The notes beneath the pieces were generated by a model, which was not told the origin of the DNA, did no database searches, and saw nothing but the letters and a program-made list of their open reading frames with translations. Made by a program: the position numbers and the translations under genes. From NCBI GenBank assembly GCA_030390025.1, contig CM059431.1:126172001-126236000 (forward strand): a stretch of DNA of 64,000 nucleotides. The letters run 5' to 3'. This DNA is from Squalus acanthias (lineage: Eukaryota). This document shows positions 14,720 to 27,574 of this stretch, piece by piece (the stretch's first letter is position 1; each line of letters begins with the position of its first letter).

Positions 14720-15950
14720 CATCTCTCCCTGCTTGGTCCCAATGTCTAGGTTAGTGGCAAAGACACAACCATCTCCAAGAGAAACCTATCAATTAATGAT
14801 TCTCACCTACACTTTCCTGACTTTCAATAGAATGTGGATCGATATCAAGTTGAAATTTGTTCAGGTATCATGCCCAGGTGAATTATATTACTCAGGGATG
14901 CACTCATGCATCTTTTTCCTAACCCTTATTTGGGTTCCTAAAATTCAGTCATAATCATCCAGGAAATGATTTTAGAAATTTCCCATTTGGTGGTGTAATT
15001 TCCCCATGTTTCTATCTTATATCCTAAATCCCCTCATCCAATTTTACACATTGCATTATATTACCATTTCATCCTATTCATGAGCCCTGGAGAAACTCCA
15101 ATACAATATCATTACCATTTAACAAGGTCACCAAATCAATCCAAGTTATCAAAACGATTGGGGTTCATTCCACTTAACCTCTTATTGGACTCTTTTTTCC
15201 TCAAAATATTGTGCCCTAGTCCATTCTATCATTTTAAAATGTTCTTACTTCCAGACAGCAATCCAGTCTGGAAGATGAGGCATGTTAGTTACCTTTAACA
15301 ACATTCTCCCCATAAAACTTCTTTCTGGATATACAGTTTTGGACAAAAACCACATAGACTGGAGTTTTTCAAAAGCAAAATTAAATTATCCCTTAAATTT
15401 CAGCTAAAGTTCCCTTCTTGAGTGCTTGAACAGCAACTCATATGAATTTATCTAATCAATTTTAATTTCACAAACAAATTATACCCAGGCTTGGTGGTTT
15501 TACAAAGGAGACAAAAGTACATATTTTTACGTTTGGATGCAAGTCTTTTATAATCCCCCTCAAGCAGTGTGTCTTGGAAGATAACCAATGACTCTGAATT
15601 GGTTAAATCCAAGCATTGGTAAGGCAAAGTCTTAAGTCCAATTTTTGTCACCACGTTGCGATATTCAAGATCCATTGATGTCTGCAGACAAGGACGTAAG
15701 TTCTGAACATTACTGGAGCTCCCACTGCACTTTCCCAGCCAAGTTTAAGCTATGTAACACCTTAAAGTCATTGTATATCAAAAGGTCCACTCTTGGTAAT
15801 CCTGCACCATCAACACTCATATCGTCCTCTGCTGAAAAGAAAAAAAACCAGAAATTCATTGTGGCTTTCCTGCCAGCCCAATGGGTTAATTTTTCAATTC
15901 CTGATTCCCTTCTGTCACTGTGGGGAAACAACCCCTCAAATTAAAAAATC
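14720..15950 (-). mobile_element. Possible highly decayed L1/Tx1-like ORF2 fragment
   Basis: Weak motifs only (HWAGRK...GAGLP; a W-EGDLG-like segment). Confidence 0.35.
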
Positions 15951-17469
15951 TTAACATTTAATAAGGCCTAAAATGTTTACATTCAGCCATGCAAACGGTG
16001 TTACTTAGTGAATTAAAAACAGTTAAACAACTGATACAACTGAAAGCAAAAAAAAAAATACACACAGCTCCTTGTGGAAAGAATTCACTTTTTTTTTTAA
16101 TTTGAAAAGAAGACAAACCCAGACACCATCTATCAATGTCAGCTTGTGTCACACAACTTCTCACAGCTTTCAAGTAAACTTAAAAAAAACTATCACCAAA
16201 TAAAAAAGAACCACACTGTTACTTTTGCAAAGTCTTTGTGCGTTTAAAATGTGCACAAAGATCCTGATCAATTAAATTCAGAAATAAATTTCAGCTTCAC
16301 TTTTACTTCCAATTTTCAAAACTTGAGCCAGGTAAAAACAGCAGGAATCATTAGAAACATCAGTATACCACTTTAAACAGTCTGGGGATTATTTTAACCT
16401 AAAAAAAAACCAGGTGCGTTTGGAGTGAGGGGGTAGTTAAATTGTTAAAAATGGTATTCCTGATGTGAACCTGCCTCCAACCCGCCCACTTCCTGCTTTA
16501 ACGGAGGCGGGACGGGAGCTGGAACGGGGGCGGGCAGCTAACCCACTGCCAGAAGGTGGGGCATCAATTTAAATATTGCAATGAGGCTGGAAGTCTCTTA
16601 TTTAACATCCTTTTTTTTATTAACTCTAGCTGGTCGGGTTTTACACACTTTGTAAAACCCAATCGTTACACCAAGATGGGGACTGTTGGATCCAGGAGGT
16701 AAGTGCCTTTACACCTACCTCCTGGATCCAAGGTCCATGCCTAGCCCACCTTCCGTGATCAGAGACGGGGCGGGGTGGGGGGGGACCAGGCAGCCGATCT
16801 CCATTCCCGAACCTCCCCCAGCCACGATCATCCTGAGGCTCGCCATGATCCTCTGGTGGCCGGTCCCGACGTGTTCTACCCTCCACCGCCGTCCCCCCCA
16901 CCCCCAGGTTGCACGCATCCCCGATCTTTTCTTCCCCTCCCCAACCAACCTCTGGAAGCCGGCACAGGCCACCCACGTGATCCCTCCCTCCCTCTTCTGT
17001 GTGACCTAGTGCCACAGGCCTACCCGGCCGCAGCCAGCTAGCCTTTCCATCTGGCTGGCTGTGGGCGGGAAACAAAGGCTTCAGATGTAAATCAGGCCCT
17101 GTCATTAAAGTCGGCGGGGCCTGTGTTTGAATCCCATTCTCCCAGGTTTCCTGCCCGCATCGGAGCCCCAACTCACCCACCCCAACCTGCTTTCCCCATG
17201 AAAATCCAGACCTCTGTGAAACAATTCTGTAGTACAAGATGTCTTCAGATCGTTATCATACACGCAGCAGTAGCATTCCCCCTTCCCCTCCCCACCCCCC
17301 CGGTCACACCTTCCAGTACCACCAAGCTGATTAAACAATTACCTTAAAGCATTTGAGTACTTGACATTGGTCAGAAATTCAAAAATGCTAATTATTTAGA
17401 AACTCTCACACAATTTACAACAACCAGAATTTCACCATGGCCACAACAAAAGTCTGGTTTTGACAAATT

Positions 17470-17880
17470 AATAGAATCATAGAAATTTACAGCATGGAAG
17501 GAGGCCATTTTGGCCCATTGTATCTGCCGGCCAACAAAGAGTTATCCAGCCTAATCCCACTTTCCAGCTCTTGGTCCGTAGCCCTGTAGGTTACGGCACT
17601 TCAAGTGCACATCCAAGCACTTTTAAAATGTGGTGAGGGTTTCTGCTTCTACTACCCTTTCAGGCAGTGAGTTCCAGACCCTAACCACCTTCTGGGTGAA
17701 GAAATTTCCCCTCAAATCCCCTCTAAACCTCCTACCAATTACTTTAAATCTATGCCCCCTGGTTGTTGACCCCTCTGCTAAGGGAAATAGGTTCTTCCTG
17801 TCCACTCTATCTAGGCCCCTCATAATTTTATACACCTCAATAAGGTCTCCCCTCAGCCTCCTCTGTTCCAAAGAAAACAA
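17470..17880 (-). mobile_element. CR1 3' fragment
   Basis: FSLEQRRLRGDLIEVYKIM...WNSLPE. Confidence 0.88.
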
Positions 17881-18894
17881 ACAAATAGGTAAGTTAACCT
17901 CACAAACTCCAATTTAATTCACACCAATACGTTAAACACAATGGGGGAAAAGTTTGTGACCGCCACGAGACTTGCCGGAATCACCGGCAACTCGGGTTAA
18001 TGGCCACTGAAAATGGACAAAGCGTTACCAGTAAAAAATTCACATTGGGGGCTAAAGATTTTTAGCCAAGCCCTAACTTACTGTATAATTCCCTCATGCT
18101 GGCATTAGTGCAGGCATGGAAGTCGAAATTCCCATCCAGGAGCAGCATTCCAGCTTCTAACAGCCTCTGGAAGTGAGACTATGGAGTTTACAAGGAATTA
18201 TTGGTAATTAAAAGGGCAATGAATTAAAAGGGCAATGCCTTCAGCACTAATAAAAATTAAAATGAAGTGAACAAATGCAGTTTCAACCCTTACTGCCTTT
18301 TAAAAAAAATTAACAATATAAAGAAATTCCAAATGGGAGTCTTCAGCTCTTGAAGCTGAATTCCCTTCCGAACCTCAAAAATTGGGAAACAGTACTTCAG
18401 CACTAACACAAATGGCTCAGCAAGCCAGGTAAGGGGCACCCAGGGTCTCACACGCAGCACTCCAGCTTTGTGCAGGGGGTCAACGCTGCAAGAGAGATCC
18501 TCCACCCACAGGGGCCAGGAGGCCCTCCAGAAAGAAAGATGTGGGACCAGATCACCGAGGCTGTCACTGCCAGCAGTGTCACCCCACCACTTGGCTCCAG
18601 TGCCCTAAGAAGCTTTATGACTTCAGACCACTGGTCAAGGTAATTGAATGCATCTTCAAAAGTCGTCTCCTGCCAACTGCACCACTAGCATCACACACTG
18701 CTCAATGCATGACTACCCCCCACCCTGCCTTCAATCACTCACCTACCAACAATCTGTACCAATCAAGAGGCACATCTCACATTCCGAGCTTCACCTCACC
18801 CCCTTGGAGGAGACAGTGCAGGCCATTCTTGGCAGTGGAATGGCTGAGCCCTTGGCCAGCGGCGGGGCAGAAAGGAGATAAAATGCTGATATAT

Positions 18895-21800
18895 TCATAC
18901 ATAGAAACATAAAAGATAGGAGCAGGAGTAGGCCATTCGGCCCCTCGAGCCTGTTCCGCCATTTAATGAGATCATGGCTGATCATCAAAATTCAGTACCC
19001 TGTCCCTGCTTTCTCCCCATATCCCTTGATCCCTTTAGCCTTAAGAAATATATCTAACTCCTTCTTGAATATATTTAATGAATTGGCCTCAACTGCCTTC
19101 TGTGGTACAGAATTCCACAGGTTCACCACTCTCTGGGTGAAGAAATTCCTCCTCATCTCAGTCCTAAATGGCTTACCCCTTATCCTTAGACTGTGACCCC
19201 TGGTTCTGGACTCCCCCGCCATCGGGAACATCCTTCCTGCATCTAGTCTGTCTATATAAGTTTCAATGAGATCCCCTCTCATTCTTCTAAACTCTAGCGA
19301 ATACAAGACCAATCGACCCAATCTCTCTTCATACATCATTCCTGCCATCCCAGGTATCAGTCTGGTGAATCTTCGCTGCACTCCCTCCATGGCAAGAACA
19401 TCCTTCCTCAGATAAGGTGACCAAAACTGCACACAGTACTCAAGGTGTGGTCTCACCAAGGCCCTGTACAACTGCAGCAAGTTATCCTTGCTCCTGTACT
19501 CGAATCCTCTCGCTATGTAGGCCAACATACCATTTGCCTTCTTAACCGCCTGCTGCATCTGCATGCTTACCTTCAGCGACTGGTGCACAAGGACACCCAG
19601 GTCTCGTTGCACTTCCCCTTTTCCCAATCTATTGCCATTCAGATAATAATCTGCCTTCCTGTTTTTGCCATCAAAGTGGATAACCTCGCATTTATCCACA
19701 TTATACTGCATCTGCCATGCATCTGCCCAATCACCCAACCTGTCCAAATCATACTGGAGCTTCTCTGCATCCTCCTCACAGCACACACGCCCACCCAGCT
19801 TTGTGTCCTCTGCAAACTTGGAGATATTACATCTAGTTCCCTTGTCTAGATCATTAATAAATATTGTGAGTAACTGGGGTCCTAGCACCGATCCCTGCGG
19901 TACCCCACTAGTCACTGCCTGCCACTCGGAAAAAGACCCGTTTATTCCAACTCTTTGCTTTCTGTCTGCCAACCAGTTCTCTATCCAAGTCAGTACCTTA
20001 CCCCCAATCCCATGTGCTTTAACTTTGCACGCTAATCTCTTATGCGGGACTTTATCGAAAGCCTTCTGAAAGTCCAAATACACCACATCCACTGGTTCTC
20101 CCGTATCTATTCTACCAGTTACATCATCAAACAATTCCTGTAGATTAGTAAAGCATGATTTACCTTTTGTAAATCCATGTTGACTTTGTCCGATCCTGTC
20201 ACTGTTTTCCAAGTGCTCTGCTATTACATCTTTTATAATGGACTCTAGCATTTTCCCCACTACCGATGTCAGGCTTACCAGTCAATAATTCCCCATTTTC
20301 TCTCTACCACCTTTTTTAAAAATGATAAGTCGCACAACACCAGGTTATAGTCCAACAGATTTATTTAATTTTACAAGCTTTCGGAACAGTTCGCTCCTTC
20401 GTCAGGTAAGTTAGCTAACTTACCTGACGAAGGAGCGAACTGTTCCGAAAGCTTGTAAAATTAAATAAATCTGTTGGACTATAACCTGGTGTTGTGCGAC
20501 TTCTCATTTTTGTCCACCCCAGTCCAACGCCGGCATCTCCACATCATGACCTTTTTTAAATAGTGGGGTTACATTAGCTACCCTCCAATCCATGGGAACT
20601 GTTCCAGAGTCTATAGAATATTGGAAGATGACCAGCAATGCATCTACTATTTCTAGGGCCACTTCCTTAAGTACCCTAGGATGTAGATTATCAGGCCCTG
20701 GGGATTTATCGGCCTTTAAACCCATCAATTTCCCTAACACCATTTCCCTACAAATACTGTTTTCATTCAGTTCCTCCCTCTCATTAGACCCTATGTTCCC
20801 CAACATCTCTGGGAGGTTATTTGTCTCCTCCTTTGTGAAGACAGAATCAAAGTATGTATTTAATTGGTCTGCCATTTCTTTGTTCCCCATTATAAATTCC
20901 CCTGATTCTGACTGCAAGGGACCTACGCTTGACTTCACCAATCTTTTTCTCTTCACATATCTATAGAAGCTTTTACAGTCAGTTTTTATGTTCCCTGCAA
21001 GTTTACTCTCATATTCTATTTCCCCCCTCTTAATTAACCCCTTTGTCCTCCTTTTCTGAATCCTAAACTGCTCCCAATCCTCAGGTTTGCTGCTTTTTCT
21101 GGCCAATTTATATGGCCTCTCCTTGGATCTTATGTTATCCCTAATTTCCCTTGTTAGCCACGGTTGTGTCACCTTTTTTGTTTTATTTTTATGCCAAATA
21201 GGGATGAACAAATTCTGTAGTTCATCCATGCGATCTTTAAATGTTTGCCATTGCCTATCCACCGTCAACCATTTAAATAACATTTCCCAATCCATCCTAG
21301 CCAACTCACGCCTCATACCATCGTAGTTTCCTTTATTTAAATTCAGGACCCCAGTCTCTGAGTCAACTACTTCACTTTCCATCTTAATGAAGAATTCTAT
21401 CATATTATGATCGCTCCTCCCCAAGGGGCCACGCACAACAAGATTGCTAATTAATCCTTTCTCATTATATAATACCCAGTCTAAGATGGCCTGATCTCTA
21501 GCAGGTTCCTCGACATATTGGTCCAGGAAAGCATCCCGTATACACTCTAGGAATTCCTCCTCCACAGTATTGTTACTAATTTGGTTAGCACAATCTATAT
21601 GTAGATTAAAGTCACCCATGATAACTGCTGTGCCCTTATTGCACGCGTCTCTAATTTCCCATTTAATGCCATCCCCAACCTCAGCATTACTGTGTGGGGG
21701 TCTGTATACAACTCCCACTAACATTTTCTGCCCCTTGGTATTTCTCAGCTCTACCCATACAGATTGCACATCATCAGAGCTAATATCCTTCCTTACTATT

Positions 21801-22480
21801 GTGCTAATCTCCTCTTTAACCAGCAATGCTACCCCACCTCCTTTTCCTTTTTTCCTGTCTTTCCTGAATATTGAATACCCCTGAATGTTGAATTCCCAGC
21901 CTTGGTCACCCCTGGAGCCATGTCTCCGTAATCCCAATTATATCATATCCGTTTACATCAATTTGCGCAGCTAATTCATCCACCTTATTATGAATGCTCC
22001 TCGCATTAAGACACAAAGCCTTCAGGCTTGTTTTTTTAACACTCTTAGACCTTTTAGAATTATTATTTACTGTGGCCATGTTTGATTTACACCCTTCATT
22101 TCTCTGACTGCCACTTTTGCTTTTCTCCTTCCTGTCTTTTGCTTCTATCCTTGCCTCCCTTTCCTCTGTCTCCCTGCATAGGTTCCCAACCCCCTGCAAT
22201 TTTAGTTTATACCCTCCCCAACAGCACTAGCAAACACTCCCCCTAGGACATTGGTCCCGGTCCTGCCTAGGTGCAAACCATCCAGTTTGTACTGGTCCCA
22301 CCTCCCCCAGAACCGGTTCCAATATCCCAGGAATTTGAATCCCTCCGCCTTGCACCATTCCTCTAGCCACGTATTCACCTGAAATATCCTTCTATTTCTA
22401 CTCTGACTAGCACGTGGCACTGGTATCAATCCTGAGATTACTACCTTTGAGGTCCTATTTTTTAATGTACCTCCTAACTC
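18895..22480 (-). mobile_element. CR1 LINE: ORF1 esterase end plus nearly complete ORF2, interrupted at 20321-20548
   Basis: SGNH-like DGLHL in ORF1. APE motifs LNARSI, ITETWL, GDFN, SDH. RT in 18992..20260. Confidence 0.94.
20321..20548. mobile_element. Short Penelope-derived insertion containing a perfect 176-bp palindrome (20327-20502)
   Basis: 12-bp TSD ACCTTTTTTAAA at 20309-20320 and 20549-20560. Centre TTAG|CTAA. CTGACGA...GAAA core in each arm. Confidence 0.85.
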
Positions 22481-22635
22481 CCTGGAGTTCCAATATGACA
22501 CAGGAATAGCAAGCAATAGGTCTCAGCTGTCCCATCATTTTGCTTTAACATTTATCTACCTACGATATATCTGTATATATATATTTTTTAGTTTAATATC
22601 TCCTTACTCCTATTCATTATTTAAGTACACAGTGT

Positions 22636-23101
22636 GTTAGCTGTGGCTCAGTGGGTAGCACTCTCGCCTCTGAGTCAGAAGGTTGTAAGGTTCACGTCCC
22701 ACTCCAGGGACTTAAGCACAAAAATCCAGGCTGACACTCCAGTGCAGTGCTGAGGGAGTGCTGCATTGTCGGAGGTGCTGCCTTTCAGATGAGACGTTAA
22801 ACGGAAGCCCTGTCTGCTCTCTCAAGGTAGACATAAAAGATCCCATGACACTATTTCGAAGAAGAGCAGGGGAATTATCCCTGGTGTCCTGGCCAATATT
22901 TATCCCTCAATCAACTTAAAAAAAACAGGTTATCTGCTCATTATCACATTGCTGTTTGTGGGAGCTTGCTGTACGCAGATTGGCTGCTGCGTTTCCTACA
23001 TTACAACAGTGACTACAATCCAAAAGTACTTAATTGGATGTAAAGCACTTTGAGACGTCCGGTGGTCGTGAAAGGCGCTATATAAATCCAAGTCTTTCTT
23101 T
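22636..23101 (+). mobile_element. Full-length tRNA-derived Deu-domain SINE (SacSINE1-like)
   Basis: A box tggctcagtgg, B box ggttcacgtccc, central domain repeated elsewhere in the window, L2-like tail. Confidence 0.85.
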
Positions 23102-24006
23102 ATACCAGGTTTTTATTTAATGCAATTCAGATCCTTTTAATGTTGGTATCCTCTACTTTGTTAATTTTAATTTTATCGTCTTAAAGTTAATGAAATACTG
23201 ATTATTTATATATTTACTTATTTACTGTTGCCCCTTGGTTTAAATTACATAGCACCAAATTCCCACTCCCACCAAATGTATTAGATTCACTAAGCTCTGT
23301 ATTCACAGCTCTGTGCTTCAGCCGATATCCCTCTAATATATACCTTTTAGAAACACACTAGTTACAACTGGTCAGTCAACTGCCAGCCACAATAATTAAC
23401 ATCTAGTCAGGGATCCATTTGCAGCTGGTTAGCTGTTAACTGCCACGGACTTGCAGTTTTAAAGTAAAGTTTTAGGGCTCGATTTTGCCAGGCCTGAGGA
23501 GGCGGGATTGGAGGTGTGTGATTTGTTAAAATCGCCAAAAATGGTGGGCGGGCCCGATCCCGCCTCCATCCCGCCTCCGAGCAATTTTCCCACATGCGTG
23601 TTTTCTGACCCCGTTTCCATCCCGCCTCCAAGAGACGGGATAGGCCCTTAAGGCCCTTAACAACCACTTAATTGTCCCTTTTATCCCATTTTGAGAGGGC
23701 TTTCTGGTTTTAACACTTTTCTCACGGGTGCTGCACGTCTCCTGTGGATCACGCCAGTGAATCCTGGCAGCATCACAAGTGGACTGCTTACTAACAGCTG
23801 CAGCTCCACCATTAAAAAGGAGTTTTCAGCAATCATCATTTGCAGGTGGCGAAACTTTGTTGTCTCAGGTCTGGAGGAACTTTTAGCAGGCCTACTCATT
23901 GTTCTGGAAGTTTGGAGCCTGACACCCATCACCAGTGTGACCTCCTGGGAAACCCCTCTCCCCACCTTGAATGAGCGCTTCCTCAACTGAGGCATACACC
24001 AGAAGA

Positions 24007-25159
24007 ATGGGAACCATTTATTTCCTTTCCTCCTGGACATCAGATTCAGACGAAGACCAGCTGTGGCAGCAGCAGAACCATGAACAACAGCAGCACCAAC
24101 TGCAGGAGCAACAGCAGGAGCTCCAAGCTGCTGCTCACCCACCTGAAGCTGCACAGGCCAGAAGGCACCAGCGCATGGAAGCACGTCGGCACAGGAGATA
24201 CCCCCAAAACAGGGTCTACAGAGCGAGGATCAGCTACCTCAACATGACTGAGCAGCAGTGCCAAAGGAGGGTCCGACTTTCACGAGAGGTAGTGGGTGAC
24301 ATCTGCGCAATGCTGCAACAAGAGCTGGAGCCCTGAGGAGCTGGTGGACACCCCTTACCAGTGACCGTCAAAGTCACCACCGCACTCAACTTTTTTGCTT
24401 CAGGCTCATTCCAGGGATCAGCAGCAGACATCAGCGGCGTCTCCCAGGCGACCGCACACACTTGCATCACACAGGTAACCGATGCCCTCTTTGCCATCGC
24501 TGCACAATCACATCAATTCCTCCAAGGATCAAGCCAGTGTAACTGCGCGTGCGGTTGGGTTTGACAATCTGGCAGGCTTTCCAAGGGTGCAGGGTGTCAT
24601 TGACTGCACACATGTGGCCCTTAAGGCACCCTATCATAATCCAGGTATGTTTGTCAACCGCAAGGGCTTCCACTCCCTCAACATACAGCTGGTGTGTGAC
24701 CACAAGAAGGAAATTTTGCATGTTTGCGCCAAGTACCCTGGCAGTTGCCATGACTCCTTCATCCTGCGCCAGTCTAGTGTGCCTCCACTCTTCAGTCCGC
24801 CAGACCAACTACTTGGAGACAAGGGCTATCCCCTGAAGACATGGCTAATGACGCCGTTGAGGAGCCCATCCAACGAAGCTGAGGAGCGCTACAACTCCAG
24901 CCACATTTCCACCAGATCCATAATCGAACAAACCATCGGCTTGCTGAAGATGTGCTTCAGATGCCTTGATAGATCAGGTGGAGCCCTGCAGTACTCAGCA
25001 GCCAGGGTCTCCAGAATGGTCGTGGTCTGCTGTGCACTTCACAACATGGCACAGCATCGTGGCTTGCAGATGCCTGAGGAACAAATGGCTCATCACATAG
25101 CCTAGCACATTGCTGTCCGGGATGCAAGGGACGCACTCATTTTGGCCAAATTTGTTTAG
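24007..25159 (+). pseudogene. Harbinger (HARBI1-like) DDE transposase, disrupted
   Basis: [44 protein letters not shown]. Contains stops and a frameshift. Confidence 0.92.
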
Positions 25160-25374
25160 CCTAGCCAATCAAGCACTTTTGCCTCGCATCCTCTTACCAG
25201 AGCATCGACAATGGCCATGAACCTGCGGATTCCTATCACTCTGACAACCATACTGACAATTGCAAGTCACCCTAAGCCCTCAACGTGGAAGTCCCATAAG
25301 CGAAATGACACACGCCACAACTGCAACAGTTTGCCATCAGAATTTTTTATGACAGTAAGCACCTGATGGCTTTT

Positions 25375-25680
25375 CATCTAGTTCCCTCATCTAGATCATT
25401 AATATATGTTGTGAATGGCTGGGGTCCTAGTACCGATCCCTGCGGTACCCCACTAGTCACTGCCTGCCACTCGGAAAAAGACCCGTTTATTCCAACTCTT
25501 TGCTTCCTGTCTGCCAACCAGTTCTCTATCCAAGTCAGTACCTTACCGCCAATCCCATGTGCTTTAACTTTGCACGCTAATCTCTTATGCGGGACCTTAT
25601 CGAAAGCCTTCTGAAAGTCCAAATACACCACATCCACTGGTTCTCCCTTATCTATTCTACCAGTTACATCCTCAAAAAAT
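25375..25680 (-). mobile_element. CR1 RT fragment, nearly identical to 19830-20135
   Basis: [19 protein letters not shown]...VPQGSVLGP. Confidence 0.9.
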
Positions 25681-27574
25681 TATATTATCCTCCTTCTAGT
25701 ATGCACCTCTTGCTTTCCTGCTCTCCCCTCGACACAACTCCACCCTTGTGCTTTCCTAATTTCGCACACCCAAGAAATGCAGCCTGCCCAGTCACTGGTT
25801 AACCAAGAAGAGGGAGAGGAGAGTGAAGCAGAAGAAGAAGAAAAAGAAGAAGAAACACTGTTATTCGATTTCACATTCCCAGCCACCAACTCCTCAAGGT
25901 CGACCAGCAAGGGCATTTGCAGTGTCCCTTACTGAAAGTCAGCAGCTTTCCACTAGCCATGCTGCAGCAATTCTGGTAGCACTGCGAGACATCAGTAAGA
26001 TAGGCAAAGGCACACACAAGCTAATCACTAAGAGAATGCATAAGGGTGATGAGTTGATTTCTTTATGTCATATTGGATGGATAGATGTATAAAGTTGGAT
26101 TGGAAAGTTTTGCTTTGTGGTGGCTTTTATTTCAGCATCATGGCCAAGAGGACACTTTGATAGTCAATAACAGAGGGAAGGTAAGATGTGGGACAAATGT
26201 CATAAGTGGAATTAGGGATGTGGTCACTGGTACTGTGGGCAGATGATTCCATCCTGGATATGCCGGCCAGAAAGGGGCTGTCTGGGTTGCATCCTTCCTT
26301 TTGCTTTCTCCTCTTCTGTTACCCCCTCTTCTGCTTTCTCCTCTACTGTTTCCTCCTCTTCTGCTTCCTCCTCTTCTGCTTCTTCCTTTTCTGTTTCTTC
26401 TTCTGTGCCTTCCTCTTCCCTCTGTGAGTGGATGCTGTAAATCTGAAATGACAGCATAAAATGCTGGAAATTCTCAGCAGGTCAGGCAGCATCTTGACCT
26501 GAGATGTGAACTCTGTTTCTCGCTCCATGGATGCTGCCTGACCTGTTAAGTATTTGCAGCTTTTTCTGTCTTCTTAGAGCCCTTCTTTTACCATCCGAGG
26601 CCTTGCAAGCATCCAGCAGCACTCCCTACACACTAAAAAAAACTTTTAACATCTATTGCAGCAAGTCACTACTTTAGTAAAATCAAAAACAAAGTCCAAA
26701 AGCTTAAATGCAAACTTACTTGAAATATATGTGTGGCACTTTAAGAGGTGCTGACAGCACCTCTGTGAGTCTGCTTGCATGCTGGGTTTACCTTGCGAGC
26801 TCAGGACCCAGCGCTGAACTCAGTGCAAAGATCCCAGTTCACTGTGATGATGTTAAGTCGGTGTGTCATTTCTCCCTCATTTTAATTTGCAGGCTGATAC
26901 ATCTTACTGGCAGCGCTGCCAGGCTTGTGAAATTGGAAGATGGCATGGGACCCACCACCAGCTGGCGAAAGAGTGGCGGCCGCCCTCTTTACATTATTTT
27001 TTAACGGTGATGGGTGGTGTAAAGCCCCGAATTTTTAGCCCGACACATCTTGAAAAAGAGGGAAGAGACACAGCCAGTGACACAGTAACATTCACACATG
27101 CTTTGTTAAGAAACATTAACATGCACACAAAAACTTCTGTAGAACAGTAGAAATGAGACACGATCTTCCACTTTTTCCTTTATTCCATCATGGACTAATT
27201 TTTCCTTTTCACTTTAGCCAATTTTCAATTTCTGATGTTTTCTACTGAATCCCATTCTGTACTGATTCAAAATCTCAAGCTCACAGTCGGTGTCTTCACC
27301 CAAGCCTGATACCTCCTGCACAATTCACAATTCTTAACACCTTTTTCTTGCATATGGGAGGGGTATAACGACATAAAGTACAGGGTAAGGGGAACACTGA
27401 AGATCCAATCGATAGTCCCAATCCTTTTCTCAATTCACACTTTGGAACTGCTATAACTGCCTCTCTCAACATTTTCAACATTCCAATTCCCATTTCACAT
27501 CCCTTTCGACGATGCTTTAAGCTCCCACATTTTAGCTTTTCACTGAACATCTCATCAGTTCTCAGACAACTATC

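Noticed and set aside
22636..22715. tRNA gene
   Set aside because: The A/B boxes belong to a SINE head that continues into the repeated body.
24007..25159. Domesticated HARBI1 gene
   Set aside because: Stops, a frameshift and the transposon context indicate a decayed transposase copy.
26300..26425. Glu-rich or Phe/Cys-rich ORFs
   Set aside because: They derive from a (CTT/CCT)-rich simple repeat typical of Harbinger remnants.
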